Numbered from the stretch's first letter, positions 1 to 13,699 are shown. The stretch is DNA of 64,000 nucleotides from Octopus sinensis (GCF_006345805.1 NC_042997.1:71982001-72046000), one strand, 5' to 3'. The notes: generated by a model not told the origin, from the sequence alone. A program made the numbers and translations.

Positions 1-1623
1 CACAGCAGTTTTACACAATATCCTTACTTATAATTGTTGGCTAAATAAATAAATACCTTTGGGAAAACCATTGTAGTCAAATATTCTGTATTTTTCTTTC
101 CTCATCATTTTAGAGTATTTGACTAATAAAAACATGCCAATTGAAACATATCCATTTTTTAATGAACAAAGAATTACCATGCCTGATAAAACATTAATCA
201 ATCGAAAAACGCATGCATTTTCCTCAATAGTTTTTATGACAAAAGTCTCACAAATATGGACTTGAATATTCAAAAGAGAAAAAGAGCGCACGTGACAAGA
301 AGCAAGTGTGCATAAAAAAAGAATACCCGTGCGATTAAACCCCATAAAACTTTTTATATAGAAAACAAACAAAAAAATGCATACATAATACGGTTATAAT
401 ACACAACAGTTATGACAATATGAATATGAAATTTGTTCCACCCACACCGTAACCTCATGTGTGTATCATACATATATAAATACCTCGGCAATTTCAAGTA
501 ATTTGTCCCTCTTCTATCCACGTGTAATGTATCCATCCCTCAACCTATTAATAAGTTTCCTCCCCAGAGAGTTGGCCTCCGTGTTCTTTTTACTACACGT
601 GCATTTTCCTGCAGATACAGCATTGCAACTGTTGAAAAAGTTCATTAAAGCGTCCTGGAGGGACTGCACGCTCAAACTAATACATATATTAATTCGTAGA
701 TATATAAATATGCATACATATTTATATATGTATGTATAGATATAAATGTACGTGCACATATAAATAGAGAGAGAGGGGGGAGAGGAAAAGAAAGATATAT
801 ACTTACACACATACACAGATATATATATATATAAACCAATCATACACTTAAGATACAATAACCTAGAACATTACTCACACACATACAAACACCCCAATTC
901 TGAAAATCAGGTGTCACAGAACCCAGTGAACGACGATAGTTCTTCCTTACCGAGGTTTTACTGAAGTATTATTCATTATTAACTTTAGCTTTACTCACAT
1001 CACTAATATATAAAACATTCTTATAAATTCTGAGTTACTTGTTACATTCTTAGTTAGAGATGGGAGAGATAATCAAGCCATTGGGAACATTCCCATGTCT
1101 GGTTGACATTCTTTTCCGCCATTGATTACCATATATTCTTAGCCAACTCAGTTCCTATTTCCCATGAGAATATTGTGACCAGCACTGGCTAACTCTCGTT
1201 CTCTTGAATAGTTTTATGTATTTACCAAAAAGTGTGAGCGACATTCAAGTTTCTCTCCTCTTTAAAAGCAATAGGAAGACTTCATGTTTCTTAAGCAAGA
1301 ATGAATAAATGAAATAATGTGTGTATGTGTGAACACATATATAGACAGATATATATGCACAGCTATAAAAGTTTATATACATACACACACACATACACAC
1401 GCACACATACGCACACACACACATATATACTTATTTTATACACATACTTTTTGCATTGCAGCTCACCACATGGGGATAATCGAAATTCTCTTCCTCCCTT
1501 TTCTTACAAGTTCATGTGTGTCAATGAGTGTCTGTGTTTGTGTCTGTATATATATATTATATATATATAATATATATTATATATATATATAACGGCGGTG
1601 CATCAGCATGACCGCAGCTCTTA

Positions 1624-2014
<391 letters not shown>

Positions 2015-2028
2015 ATCCTTTTATTGCA

Positions 2029-2108
2029 TTCTACACGTGTTTCGAAAGCCACAATTTACCAAATTCCGATTGAATAAGGAGACCATATTGTGTCTTTCTC
2101 TTCAGGAA
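2029..2108 (-). ncRNA. Type I hammerhead ribozyme (family A, antisense arm)
   Basis: Reverse complement of the 2165-2244 motif with all core nucleotides intact. Confidence 0.85.
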
Positions 2109-2164
2109 GAAATAGGAATTCCGCCTCTGTCTGTTTTTTGTTCTGCCAACGGAATTCCTATTTC

Positions 2165-2244
2165 TTCCTGAAGAGAAAGACACAATATGGTCTCCTTATT
2201 CAATCGGAATTTGGTAAATTGTGGCTTTCGAAACACGTGTAGAA
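2165..2244 (+). ncRNA. Type I hammerhead ribozyme (family A)
   Basis: Stem I ttc/gaa; core CUGAAGA (2168-2174); stem II GAAAG-a-CACAAU...AUUGUG-g-CUUUC; GAAA (2230-2233); stem III AC-ACGU-GU (palindromic); GUA cleavage site after 2241. Confidence 0.85.
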
Positions 2245-2572
2245 TGCAATAAAAGGATTTCTGTTCAATCTTCGTTCAATTCCATTTCTTCAATTCACTA
2301 ATAATATTAAAATTCAATTATCCGCACCAACGCACGGTTGCAACACCATATGGTTGTACCTCCAACCGTGCTTTCTTCTGCTGTGATTTTTGCTACCAAG
2401 GTATCGGTTAAACTTTTGATTAATCTGCAACAAGATTATTCATCTTTCTATTTCACCAAACATATATATATATTGATAGAAATGGCAAGACACCAAAAGA
2501 ATTAAAGAGACCTCAATATTATGTAAATAGAGGAATTTGTAAATATAATATGTGACAATTATTCGGTAGCCA

Positions 2573-2635
2573 TGATAAAACTCCGAGTTTCGGATGTCGG
2601 GACGGAAACCCACGCCAGCATCTCTTCAGTTATCA
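2573..2635 (-). ncRNA. Type I hammerhead ribozyme (family B, antisense arm)
   Basis: Reverse complement of 2840-2902 with intact core; differs only in the stem II interior. Confidence 0.8.
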
Positions 2636-2839
2636 GGTCATCGAAAAAATGCTATGAAAGTGAAAGTTAAAACAAATGGAAATTACTGTGTGATTGACCG
2701 TTAAGACAAAAGAGCTATGAGGATGACCGCTCTTTACTTAGCGGTCATCCTAATAGCTCTTTTGTCTTAATAACGGTCAATTACACAGTAATTTCCCTTT
2801 GTTTTAACGGTCATTTTCATAGCATTTTTTTCGATGGCC

Positions 2840-2902
2840 TGATAACTGAAGAGATGCTGGCGTGGGTTTCCGCCCCGACATCCGAAACTCGGAGTTTTAT
2901 CA
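2840..2902 (+). ncRNA. Type I hammerhead ribozyme (family B)
   Basis: Stem I UGAUAA/UUAUCA; CUGAAGA (2846-2852); stem II GAUG...CAUC with one extra C; GAAA (2884-2887); stem III ACU-CGG-AGU; GUU site after 2896. Confidence 0.8.
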
Positions 2903-2914
2903 TGGCTACCGAAT

Positions 2915-2917
<3 letters not shown>

Positions 2918-2947
<30 letters not shown>

Positions 2948-2972
2948 TTTTATTATTATATATAATATATAT

Positions 2973-3020
<48 letters not shown>

Positions 3021-3046
3021 CATATATATTATATATATAATATATA

Positions 3047-3126
<80 letters not shown>

Positions 3127-3143
3127 TATATATATATATATAT

Positions 3144-3214
<71 letters not shown>
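2918..3214. repeat. (TA)n microsatellite (one of many long tracts, e.g. 4445-4720, 18850-18960, 44300-44490)
   Basis: Direct reading. Confidence 0.97.
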
Positions 3215-3218
<4 letters not shown>

Positions 3219-3595
3219 GCCCTTAAAACGGTTTTTGTGCATTTGCAGAGAATACCGAATTGTCATACACAGGATCTTGTTTTTAGGAATTACCAATAAG
3301 TTATGAATACCCAAATTGTGAAGTCAGTAATGTAATAACCAAATTTGGAATTGCCTTGACCACCCATAGCGTGCACTCGGGTGTCAAGATCAAGTAATGC
3401 CTCATTGTAAATGGCGTTATTTAACGTGGCAATTTCTACTGGGGTTTGCCTTTGAATTCTTTCTAGATGTCTTCTGCCATGCTGGTTTTGTGGATCGCCC
3501 AATGCTTGTGAGGTTCACAGAAGCCACATGTCAACAACATGATAGAAAATAGCTGACGCAGTTGACTTAGTGCTGTGCTGACTGCTACTTCATCA
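3215..3595 (-). mobile_element. Helitron fragment: Rep/helicase linker coding remnant plus sub-terminal repeat
   Basis: QLRQLFSIMLLTC...WAIHKTSMAEDI / ERIQ...IYNEALLDLDTRV matches my recollection of the Helitron linker. 3218-3335 is homologous to 33466-33583 of the complete Helitron. Confidence 0.75.
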
Positions 3596-4435
3596 AGTCT
3601 GCATCGCTTGTCACATTTTACGTCTTTTCCCGCATCTCTATCCCTTTTGTGCATCAGGCACTTGGTTGATATTTCCTGTTCCTGGATTGCAAACGCATAC
3701 CTTTCATAGTGGGAGGTAATAATCCGGCTATTCGTCCATGATAAACTGCTTCGATGACCGATGTTACTATCATCACAGAGCTTTCTACTAACATTGTCAT
3801 GCAGAGCCTTCTTCTCAAATAGGCTCATCCTTTCATTTGATGATATGTTGCAGTAGAGTCGTGCGACTTCTTTGGGCATGTATCTAGGTTATCAGACAAT
3901 GAGTGTTGCTGAATGAGCTGCCTTCCAAGTCTTATTATGTTCCCAGCTTCATGTATGCAAACTTGGTCAAGGGATACACTTCGACGCTTGGTGGTTAAAA
4001 GATGTTGCCGAAGAGATATGATGTAACATTCAAAGGCATTTTGAATCGATATTAAGCCTCTGCCGCCTTGTTTTCGTTTTAGGTAGAGGCGGTCTACATT
4101 ACTGTTTATGTGGAAATTATGTGTGCTTGTTAGCATTTTTCGGGTTTTCTCATCAATGGCTCGGATCTCGTCAAGCGTCTAATCAAGCAACCCAAATGTT
4201 GGTATGAGTACTAGCACTGCAAACACATTGTGGGACACTCTTTTACTGAATGTAGAGAGTTCTGAGGTCCAAATTTTCTTTATTCGGCTGGAATATTCTT
4301 TACTGTTTTGTTAGAGGTGCCATTGTAAGATATATTTTCATCTACCCCTAGATACTTGTAGCATCCCTCCTCAGATACAAGAGAAACAGTCAAATCATTG
4401 ATGGATATGTTACTGATTTATAGTTTTCCCTCCTT
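3596..4435 (-). mobile_element. R4/Dong-clade RT-thumb to Zn-finger fragment, degenerate
   Basis: YKYLGVDENI, VDRLYLKRKQGGRGL, YAFAIQEQEISTK, KCDKRCRL; frameshifted. Confidence 0.85.
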
Positions 4436-4530
4436 TTCACACCATATGTATGTATGTATATAATATATATATATTGTATTATATATATAGATATATATAT
4501 ATATATATAATATATATATATATATCTATA

Positions 4531-4600
<70 letters not shown>

Positions 4601-4616
4601 ATATATATATATGTGT

Positions 4617-4665
<49 letters not shown>

Positions 4666-7393
4666 TACATTATACATGTACATATACACCTATATATACA
4701 TACATACATATACAAATACACCTATAAATTCATAGTTTTGAAATATGAGTTCTTTCTTGGAGATGCAGCATCACAGATATCACAGACTCATTATTAATCG
4801 GAAGATTTTTTTATTGTCTATTGTTCTCATTACCCTTTTCCTAAAATTCACACATTTCATATCTGTCAATCAAACCATGTGTTGAGTAAAGGGTACCATT
4901 AAACAGACTGAAAAATATAATTGTATTTTCAATGTAATAATAGGAATCCGAAGCAGTGTCAGCGAACGAGATATAGTATGATCGTAAATTATATTTAATA
5001 AACGAAATCTCAAGTCCGAATATTTAACCGAGATCGTAATAGAACACTGGCACCAATAAGACATTTAAGTCTCAGCAGCTGAACCAACCTCGCTTTAAAG
5101 TAGCAAACGCGTGATGTTATTATTTCTTCCTTCTATACATCGGCATCCCAATAAAAAGTGGCAAATGTGACATTAGCAAGCGGCGCCAAGTTAAAGTCAT
5201 CAAAATGGTCTGCAATATTTTTCAAGACCTAAAAGCCGAGTATACAGTCAGAACACAACGACTTCTGGGGAGAAGGTGCAGTTAGAAAGAAATGTATTAT
5301 ATCTATTCTATGTTTTATATACAGTAATTTAGACGACTAAACTCTTCTTTTCCTCGGATAACACTTATAAACTTTCCCCCAGTTTCTTTATCTCTGTGAT
5401 AAAATAAAAATAATATAAAGTATTTCTTAACAGCTATATACAGAATGTTCTGCTAAATTCACACGCAGTTCTCATTTAGTTCTGCCTGCCAACTGATGTT
5501 AGCAATTAAAAATGGATTAAATTGTTAATTTCTTCGGAGGATCGAAATTTCTGAGGCGATTGTGCAATCTTCTATGAAGCGATTATCGCACAACATACAA
5601 GTATACGCTAGTGAAACACGTGTAAGGATTATATTATCAAATTTCCTCTTTAATTCTACTCTCAGATGTACAGTCTATAAATTCAAATATAATTAGTACC
5701 GACAGATAACCGAAGGTTAAATTATGATTAATATTTCATCGGAACTTGGTTGTATGTGGATTTAATTGTTCTAAGCAAAAGTTAAATGTTATGCTGTGTC
5801 ATTCAGAGAAGTAATCCTGCAACACACATGCGTGCGCGCACGCACAAACAAACATACACACACACTCACTCACACATACTATACACACACGCGCAAGATT
5901 CTCACATATTTTCTAGATCATTCATTGCTTCATACATTATTCAATACGTTATGTAAATTTAACCACTCTAATATAAATTTACGATAACAAGGGGTCAACT
6001 ACTGATTGCAATCAACTATGATGTTGTAAGAAGGAAACAGAAAACGGACTGACTAAATTAGTCAATAATGTGTCAACCGAAACCGTAAATGGCTGGTGCG
6101 TAATGTAACTGGATGTTAACTCTGGAGTGTAGATTGCGTTCCTTCTCATATTTCAATATTGAGTGTTAAAGTACATTAGGATTGCGCGCGCGCATGTCTA
6201 CATGCAAACAACCATACATTCATAGGTACAAGCATAAAATGATACATATATATATATATATATGCCTTAGTGTTAATATATCTGGACACAGTGCACGAAA
6301 TTCGTAATTTTAGGAATATTATGCACGTAAGTATATATTTCATACATAAATATGAAAAAATTGTTACGTTCACTGGATTTTATACTAATATCATGTAATA
6401 AAGAAATATTTATACGCACATTATTTCACCTTTTATTCATGAAAATTGACATATTTATATATACCTATCACTTACTTTACTTTAAAAAAACATATTACAC
6501 ACATATATGTATAACACAATATACGTATAAAAACTATATTACAGCTGAATATGGCTAGATAGATAGATAGATTGATAGATAGGTAGATACATACATACAT
6601 ACATTGAATTGCATTTATACATAGAAAAGAAACATTGAATAAAGTATTCTTTTATGTTCATTGAGAACAGTCTACATAAACATAAATACAGAGATAAACA
6701 CACACGAATTACACACAAAAACACACACACCTGTATTCATGCAGAAATAAATATGTATATTAATATACGTATCAATGTGTGTGTGTATGTGCGTGTACCA
6801 GTGCGTGTGAGTACCTGTGTGTGCATGTGTGTGTGTGAGTATGTGTGTGAGTATATGTATGCTTACTCACACAAACTACATTTTCACATATGTTTACATA
6901 AAATTCATTACATTCATACATAAAATATGAATAAAGTGTCAGAAACTCATTCATATCTTTTATCCATTCAAATATAAATGTTCAAGTGTATAAACTCAGT
7001 TCAATCGGAACCAAAAGCTTATTTTCCCAGACTCGAAATTCATTGTAAAATACTTGTTAGGTGACCTAGTACATAAATTTGATTCACTCAATGAACACTG
7101 ACATAAAAAAGCGATGGAAAGCTTCTTTTAACAGAAGTATATTTGTATTACTATGAAAAGCGATTCACACAACAATGAACGCATACACACATGCTTATAC
7201 GTAGGTACATATGAGCAAGCATACGCACGAAAGCATGAATATACATGTACACATGTGATTATCACAATTATTTAACATTTCTTTCTTCCCCAATTATTCT
7301 CCGTTTCTCTACTCTGTGTAAGTAAATGTATGTTTATGTATATACTTGCATTTACGTACACATACATATATATATACGACAACACACACACAC

Positions 7394-7451
<58 letters not shown>

Positions 7452-7475
7452 ATATATATATATATATATATATAT

Positions 7476-7612
7476 ACGACGGAATTTTTCAGTTTCCGTC
7501 TACCAAATCCACTCAAAGGCTGTACTAGAAGACACTTGCCCAAGGTGCCACACAGTGGGACTGAACCCTGAACCATGTGGTCATTAAGGAAGCTACTTAC
7601 CACACAACCGCT
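7476..7612 (-). mobile_element. 5' half of the bipartite SINE
   Basis: gttgtgtggtaag...ggttcagtccc...ggcaagtgtcttct...ggtagacggaaactg then (TA)n. Confidence 0.8.
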
Positions 7613-8088
7613 AAAGATTAGATTTAAATTTTAAATTTAAACTGTTTTGAGTATTCCCAAGTTGTATGCCGACAAAGCACGTTCCCTCCTTATGAAGACC
7701 TGGTGTCATTGACGGTAATTGCACAATCGTCGTTGAATCTACGTTATGCACTTTGGAGTATAATGGTTAAAAAAGCATAAGAAAATACAACTTCGAGGTA
7801 TTAGGTTCGATTTATAACTTACGGTTTGCCATAACATTGGGTCGACGCATACCTTAAGAGTGAAACTGAGTATGCGGATTCTTCCTAGAAAGGTATTTGA
7901 TGGATTGTATCTTAAATTCAAAGGAGCAGCCTCGTTAGACACTGTCTCCAGCAAATCAAACCCTCCTTGAGAATTACAATGCAGATACACTTATCTGTTG
8001 AATACTCGCCGACTTTTACGCTAGTTCAATGAGTAGTTAATTCAGTTGATCGAACAGCTAAATCCTTATGGTCGAATAACATATATAT

Positions 8089-8167
<79 letters not shown>

Positions 8168-8203
8168 CATATATATACATATAAACGTATATTATATATA
8201 GAG

Positions 8204-8234
<31 letters not shown>

Positions 8235-8244
8235 CATTATATAC

Positions 8245-8294
<50 letters not shown>

Positions 8295-8662
8295 GTGAAT
8301 GTGTGTCTGTGTGTATGAGTGTTTGAATGTCTATGTGTGCATGTGTGGCCTATGGTTTTATATATAAATACCCTATTTTTAAATGCCTACAGCCTCAATA
8401 TAATTTACAACTGTAGGCAATAAAAATAAAAATAGAAACTTTTAACCATAGGCTGAAACAGCTGTAAGGAGTTATTTTAATGATTTCAATCATTTATATT
8501 ATGATTTTTATAATTTGTATTCTTATCTTATATGTATTGAATTATAAGGTATATATGTATGCTATTAAGGTTCTCATTTGTTAAATGAATAGATAATTCA
8601 ACATTCTAATATACGAAAGTTGATGAACAAACTAAATTGTTTCTCCATTTTCTTATTTGTAT

Positions 8663-8700
<38 letters not shown>

Positions 8701-10772
8701 ATATATATAATCTGTGATGAGAGAAAGATGTATAATAAGTCTCCATTGAGATAGCAATGTAATCAGTCTAACCGATGCAAATATATTTTGTACTACGCAT
8801 TTAGTAAGAGTTTCACTTTCAGTGCGACGTCTAATCGAACTCAGTGGATAAATGTAAACAAATATCCTCGCAATCTTTCCCTGTTTAGCAAATGAGGATA
8901 GCCTGGTGTGTTCAAGTGTACGTCAGAGCGACGCTTAAATTGACAGCGTTATATATGGAAATGTACGTATGGACGTGTATGTGCATGTGTACTGCGTGTG
9001 TTCTTACGTGTGTGTGACGTTGGGAAAACCGCTGAATATTTCCTTTTGAATTCTCGTAATATATTTAGTGCAGTGTTTGTCGCACAGCAACTGATGACTC
9101 TCAATCTACTTATCAGCGATGTTGAACTTATGTACTACATTCTTTTGCACATACGCTTAAATACTAAATACTAAAGTATCTCAACAGGACTTCGAAAGAT
9201 CTCCCATCCAATTTCGCTTCAAACATTCGCTTACATAAGTATACGTATAATGCTATAAATCTCCACCACGCCAAATCGCAGCCCACCGGCAAATACATAG
9301 TATGTTTATGTTAAGCATGTGCGGTCGATAACGTTTATTACACCAGCGCTGCTTCTATTTCATATTTGAATATAAATATTATATAGGTTACCATATTGAC
9401 ACGGTACAAGGGCTGAAATTTGTTCTTGGTTGTAATGTTGTTACTGTAGTTGTTTAGCTGGAAAGCTACTCTAATAGAAATGTTCTACGATCAAATTCTA
9501 TTCAGATATCATCACACGCTTTTTATGTATCGTAAGAACTTTATTATCCACTGTCTCTCCAGCTTGCTCTCCACATGGCTTAGCAAATAATTTAACTACT
9601 CAAGTAGAATATAAAGGTGGTTATGGTTGTTGGGAATGGGACCTAAGTGCGGTCGTTCATGACCATTTCGATAAGATAACGGATAAATAAACACATGATT
9701 GCGAGTTCATATCATGGCATATGCAGTATATTTTGTATGCACTGAGTGACTTAACTCTCAGATAATACCAACACAGTTAAAACAATGATTAAATGAAACA
9801 GTCACCTAATTTGTAGATAGCTGTCACAGGATAGAAGCAACTTAATACTTTAAGCTATACTATATGGTTATAGTGTTATAACTTTTTATGCGGCTAAGTT
9901 TGGGAATATAAAAACTACCGACTTTTTCCTAGCTACACTTCATGAAGTGTATACCCTACATGAAGTTAACTTATGCTCTGCATAGGTTAACTATGTCTAT
10001 GACAGAGCAGACAAGTGCCAGTGGCGAAACTTCTATATTGTAAAAAGAACTGCTAGGAGTTACGCCACAGGATATCAAAAAGGAAAGATGCTCCGAACAG
10101 TAGATGCACTACGTTTATAGCAAACGAGAAGAGACAGTAACGTACACGTCTTTGATTGCAAGTCTGCTAGATCAGTGTTAATCTGTAGCTAAACAATAAC
10201 TTAGCAAACTGAATTTAATGCCTACTATCTTACTAATACTTATATAATGTTGATAATACATGAAACGGGATAAATTCAACAGGAATTCAACTTTGAGGAA
10301 TCTGAAACAAATATACTTCAGCTTACAAGCATTTGGACCCTTTCTTTCCACAAAGATCACGGAAAATAACTCATCACGAGCGAATTGTTTATACTTAAAG
10401 AGAAATCTGCGATATTTCTGTCATCACTACTTCCCTCATATTTTACAAAAATTCCTGTATATGTATGTGTGTGAAGGACCGTGTATGGGTGCAATCGTAC
10501 CTGCGCCCGAGCCTTTGTGTGTGAGTGCGACTATTTGTAAACATGCAACTCGAAATTATAGTTCGGGAAATAGTTTCTGCTTCAATAAAGTGTCATACAA
10601 GACACGAATTTTGGCATTCAAGTAGAAATCTGTTATTGTAAATTCAATTTATTCTTCAATTGGGCTACAATTTATTCGTTAATTGGGAAATCAATTTTGA
10701 ATTCATAATACATAATAATAATAATAACAATAATAATAATAATAATAATAACAACAACAATAATAATAATAA

Positions 10773-11540
10773 TTGAAGATTGCTACAATTGGCCTAGACA
10801 CCTACCTGAAAAAACTCTGAGGACTGGATGTTAAAACTTGTCTCAAAACATGAAAACAAGAAAGCATAATACTCAGTAACAAAACAGGCAAAGGAATATC
10901 TAAGTGAATTCCGAATACAGCAAATTTCGGAATTAGACATACAAGAAAAGCACAGAAAAAGCTAAACGCATGAAAACCCGTGCTAAAACTGCTGCCTTAG
11001 ATATTCTGAATGATAAATGGCAAGAAAAACCTCTCTATGGCAAATACCCAAAGAGAGCGAATAATGCAAATGTTAACAAAGCCCTGACCCATCAATGGTT
11101 AATGGCCTCTGGCTTAAACTCTGAAACAGAAGGGTTTATCATAGAAGCTCAAGATCAATGCCTACCTACAAGGAACTACCAAGCCAACATATTAAAGAAC
11201 GGAAGTAGCCCAACATGTCGTGTATGTCAACAACAAAATGAAACCATTGATCATGTTGTCTCCAAGTGCAGTCTTCTAGCGCCTACAGAGTATCTCAACA
11301 GGCATGATAGAGCTGCACAATATATTCACTGGGTAATCTGAAAAAGCTGGTGGGAACACAAACCACTTCCAGTGCTTGAAAATGACCACATCACACTCCT
11401 CTGGAACTTCCCCATTCAAACTGACAGAAAGATAGATGCAAATAGGCCAGACATCATATTGAACGACTTCAAACAAAGAACATGCCTCCTCATTGATATG
11501 ACTGTCCCAATCGATATAAATGTATCTGTCAAAACCTACC
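10773..11540 (+). mobile_element. R4/Dong-clade fragment with frameshifts
   Basis: KPLYGKY, NSETEGFI, CRVC...ETIDHVVSKC, RHD, WNFPIQTD...NRPDI...LLID; 5' flank (AAT)n; 3' end replaced by the 11541 element. Confidence 0.9.
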
Positions 11541-11745
11541 GAGGTCAGCGAGGACGGGTTATTTAAGGGAGATAACCTGTCCTCGCTGACCTCAGAGTAT
11601 TTATTCTTTGGTGACTTATTAATCAAATGACCGTAACGAGAGGTGAAGAGTTACAGTTGTCTTCGACTTTCGAATCTGACGACTCGTCTATGGGGCGAAG
11701 CCCTTTGTGGATGCGAAACCATTGGTCACTCTATACTACCAATAT
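11541..11745 (+). mobile_element. PLE-type fragment with a 22-bp hairpin and decayed hammerhead, at the 3' break of a Dong copy
   Basis: Hairpin 11541-11593. At 11672-11731: gaau CUGACGA...GAAA CCAUUGG UC acuc, with single lesions in stems I and II. Confidence 0.55.
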
Positions 11746-12085
11746 GTATATGTGTGTGTATGTGTGTGTGTGTGCGTGCGTATTAACAAACCCTGTGGGA
11801 CGACAAAATATATACACCTGGTCTTGTTTGAAATAAAGGACTATAGTTAGGATACAAGTATGGAGAATTATATTCAGGAATTCAAGTTTCTGTGTCAACG
11901 ATACGATAATGATCACACTGCCTCATCTGTGGAACCATGAAATGATATGATTTGCTCAAGAAAACCGCAATCTTACGACCATGAGTGCAACGCACATCAA
12001 AGTCATGCATCACCACATACATACATACATACACACACTCGCGCGCACACGCACTCACACACGCACGCACACACTCAAACACACG

Positions 12086-12122
<37 letters not shown>

Positions 12123-12123
12123 T

Positions 12124-12156
<33 letters not shown>

Positions 12157-12175
12157 TATTATATATATATACATA

Positions 12176-12965
12176 TAGGGTGGCCTAAAAGTAACTGATG
12201 GGTTTCAGTTTTTTATAACTTCCTTAATTTTACAAATAAATCATGAAAATTTGATACAATATAAAGAACATAATGCAAATTAATATGCATTAGTCAAATT
12301 TTGCAACACCACGACATCACATACTAAAAATGACATCGCTTAAATGGCAGCCATTTTCGGCAATGCACGCCTGTGCTCTTTCCAAAACTTTCAGACCCCC
12401 AACTCTTTGACTTCTCCATTGATGTTCCCCTTCAGTTTCACCAGGATCTCCGGTTTGTAGACATAAACCCTCTCAGGTATCAATGATTGAGACCTATTTG
12501 TGCCCGGCCATTCAAGGCAGACCTCACACATGGTTCCAGCAAGATGAGGCAACTTCTCATACCACAAGAAAAACAATGCAGTGGCTACGGAACTGCTTTG
12601 GAGAGAGAATAATCTCCCACTACGGCAATGTCAACTGACCTTCACGTTCCCCAGACTTGACTAGCCCGAATTCTTTCTTGTGGAAATACCTGAAAGAGAG
12701 GGTTTACGTCAACAAACCGGAGACCCCGGCGCAACTAAAGGAGAATATCAATAGAGAAATCAGAGAATTGGTGTCTGAAACTCTTGAGGCTGTTATGGTG
12801 CAAGTTTTGGACAAAGCACAGGCGTGCGAAGTCAGAATTGGCTACCATTTAAGCGATGTCATTTTTCGTAAGTAAAGTAGTACTGTTGCAAAATTTCACT
12901 TGTGGATATTAATTTTAATTATATCCTTTATACTGTATCAAAATTTCATGCATTTATTTGTAAAG
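12176..12965 (+). mobile_element. Tc1/mariner DD41D (rosa-like) derivative with an inverted duplication of its 3' end
   Basis: 12483-12875 reads WFQQD-41 aa-N(D)SFLWKYLKERVY with SPDL and one stop. 12225-12478 is the reverse complement of about 12695-12965. Right end interrupted by a SINE. Confidence 0.85.
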
Positions 12966-13293
12966 TTACTCTTTTACTCTTTCACTTGTTTCAGTCGTTT
13001 GACCGCGGCCATGCTGGAGCACCGCCTTTAGTCGAGCAAATCGACCCCAGGACTTCTTCTTTGTAAGCCTAGTACTTATTCTATCAGTTACGGGGACGTA
13101 AACACACCACCATCGGTTGTCAAGCGATGTTGGGGGGACAAACACAGACACACAAACATATATACACAGATACATATATATATGTATATATATACATATA
13201 CATACATACGACGGGCTTCTTTCAGTTTCCATCTACCAAATCTACTCACAAGGCTTTGGTCAGCCCGAGGCTATAGTAAAAGACACTTGCCCA
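12966..13293 (-). mobile_element. Bipartite SINE with internal microsatellite
   Basis: Shares ggtagayggaaactgaaagaagcccgtcgta and the 3' tail gctccagcatggccgcgg...gactgaaacaagt with the other copies. Confidence 0.85.
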
Positions 13294-13319
13294 ATTGAAA
13301 CCCATTAGTGAATTTTGGG

Positions 13320-13611
13320 ACACATGTACTTACCTGGCTCATAAGGACCGTTTTCTCGGTTTCATTGGTGTATAGGTTCCCCACCTGGACAGTGACGCCG
13401 GTCCGTCGCAGGTGAACGGCTAGATGCAGGAGGAAAGAGTGAGAGAAAGTTGTGACGATAGAGTCATCAGAAATTCCCCATTACCTTCTACCGGAGCTGC
13501 GTAGAGCTTAGGTGTGCCGCTCATAAACACATGTCGCCCGGTCTGAGGTTCGAACCAGTGATCTCTCGACCGCGAGTCTGGTACCCTAACCACTAGGCTA
13601 TGTGCCTCCAC
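13320..13611 (-). mobile_element. tRNA-derived SINE, second family
   Basis: Box A tagcctagtgg, box B ggttcgaacct; 3' part ctgcgacggaccggcgtcactgtccagg. Confidence 0.8.
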
Positions 13612-13656
13612 GTACTTACATAAACATACTTATAATATATATATATATATATTTAT

Positions 13657-13699
<43 letters not shown>

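Larger units (their letters stand above)
2472..2917. mobile_element. PLE terminal-repeat fold-back, family B (about 175-bp inverted arms, 8-nt loop)
   Basis: 2558-2731 and 2740-2917 are imperfect reverse complements around the loop ctttactt; each arm has a hammerhead; flanked by (TA)n. Confidence 0.78.

Noticed and set aside
28-372. 114-aa ORF with a faint ankyrin-like segment (CSLKNGYVSIGMFLL)
   Set aside because: A single weak motif, no repeat periodicity and no splice support.
4800-5300. Hydrophobic minus-strand translations resembling a GPCR
   Set aside because: Multiple stops and no diagnostic motif; AT-rich DNA gives hydrophobic translations by default.
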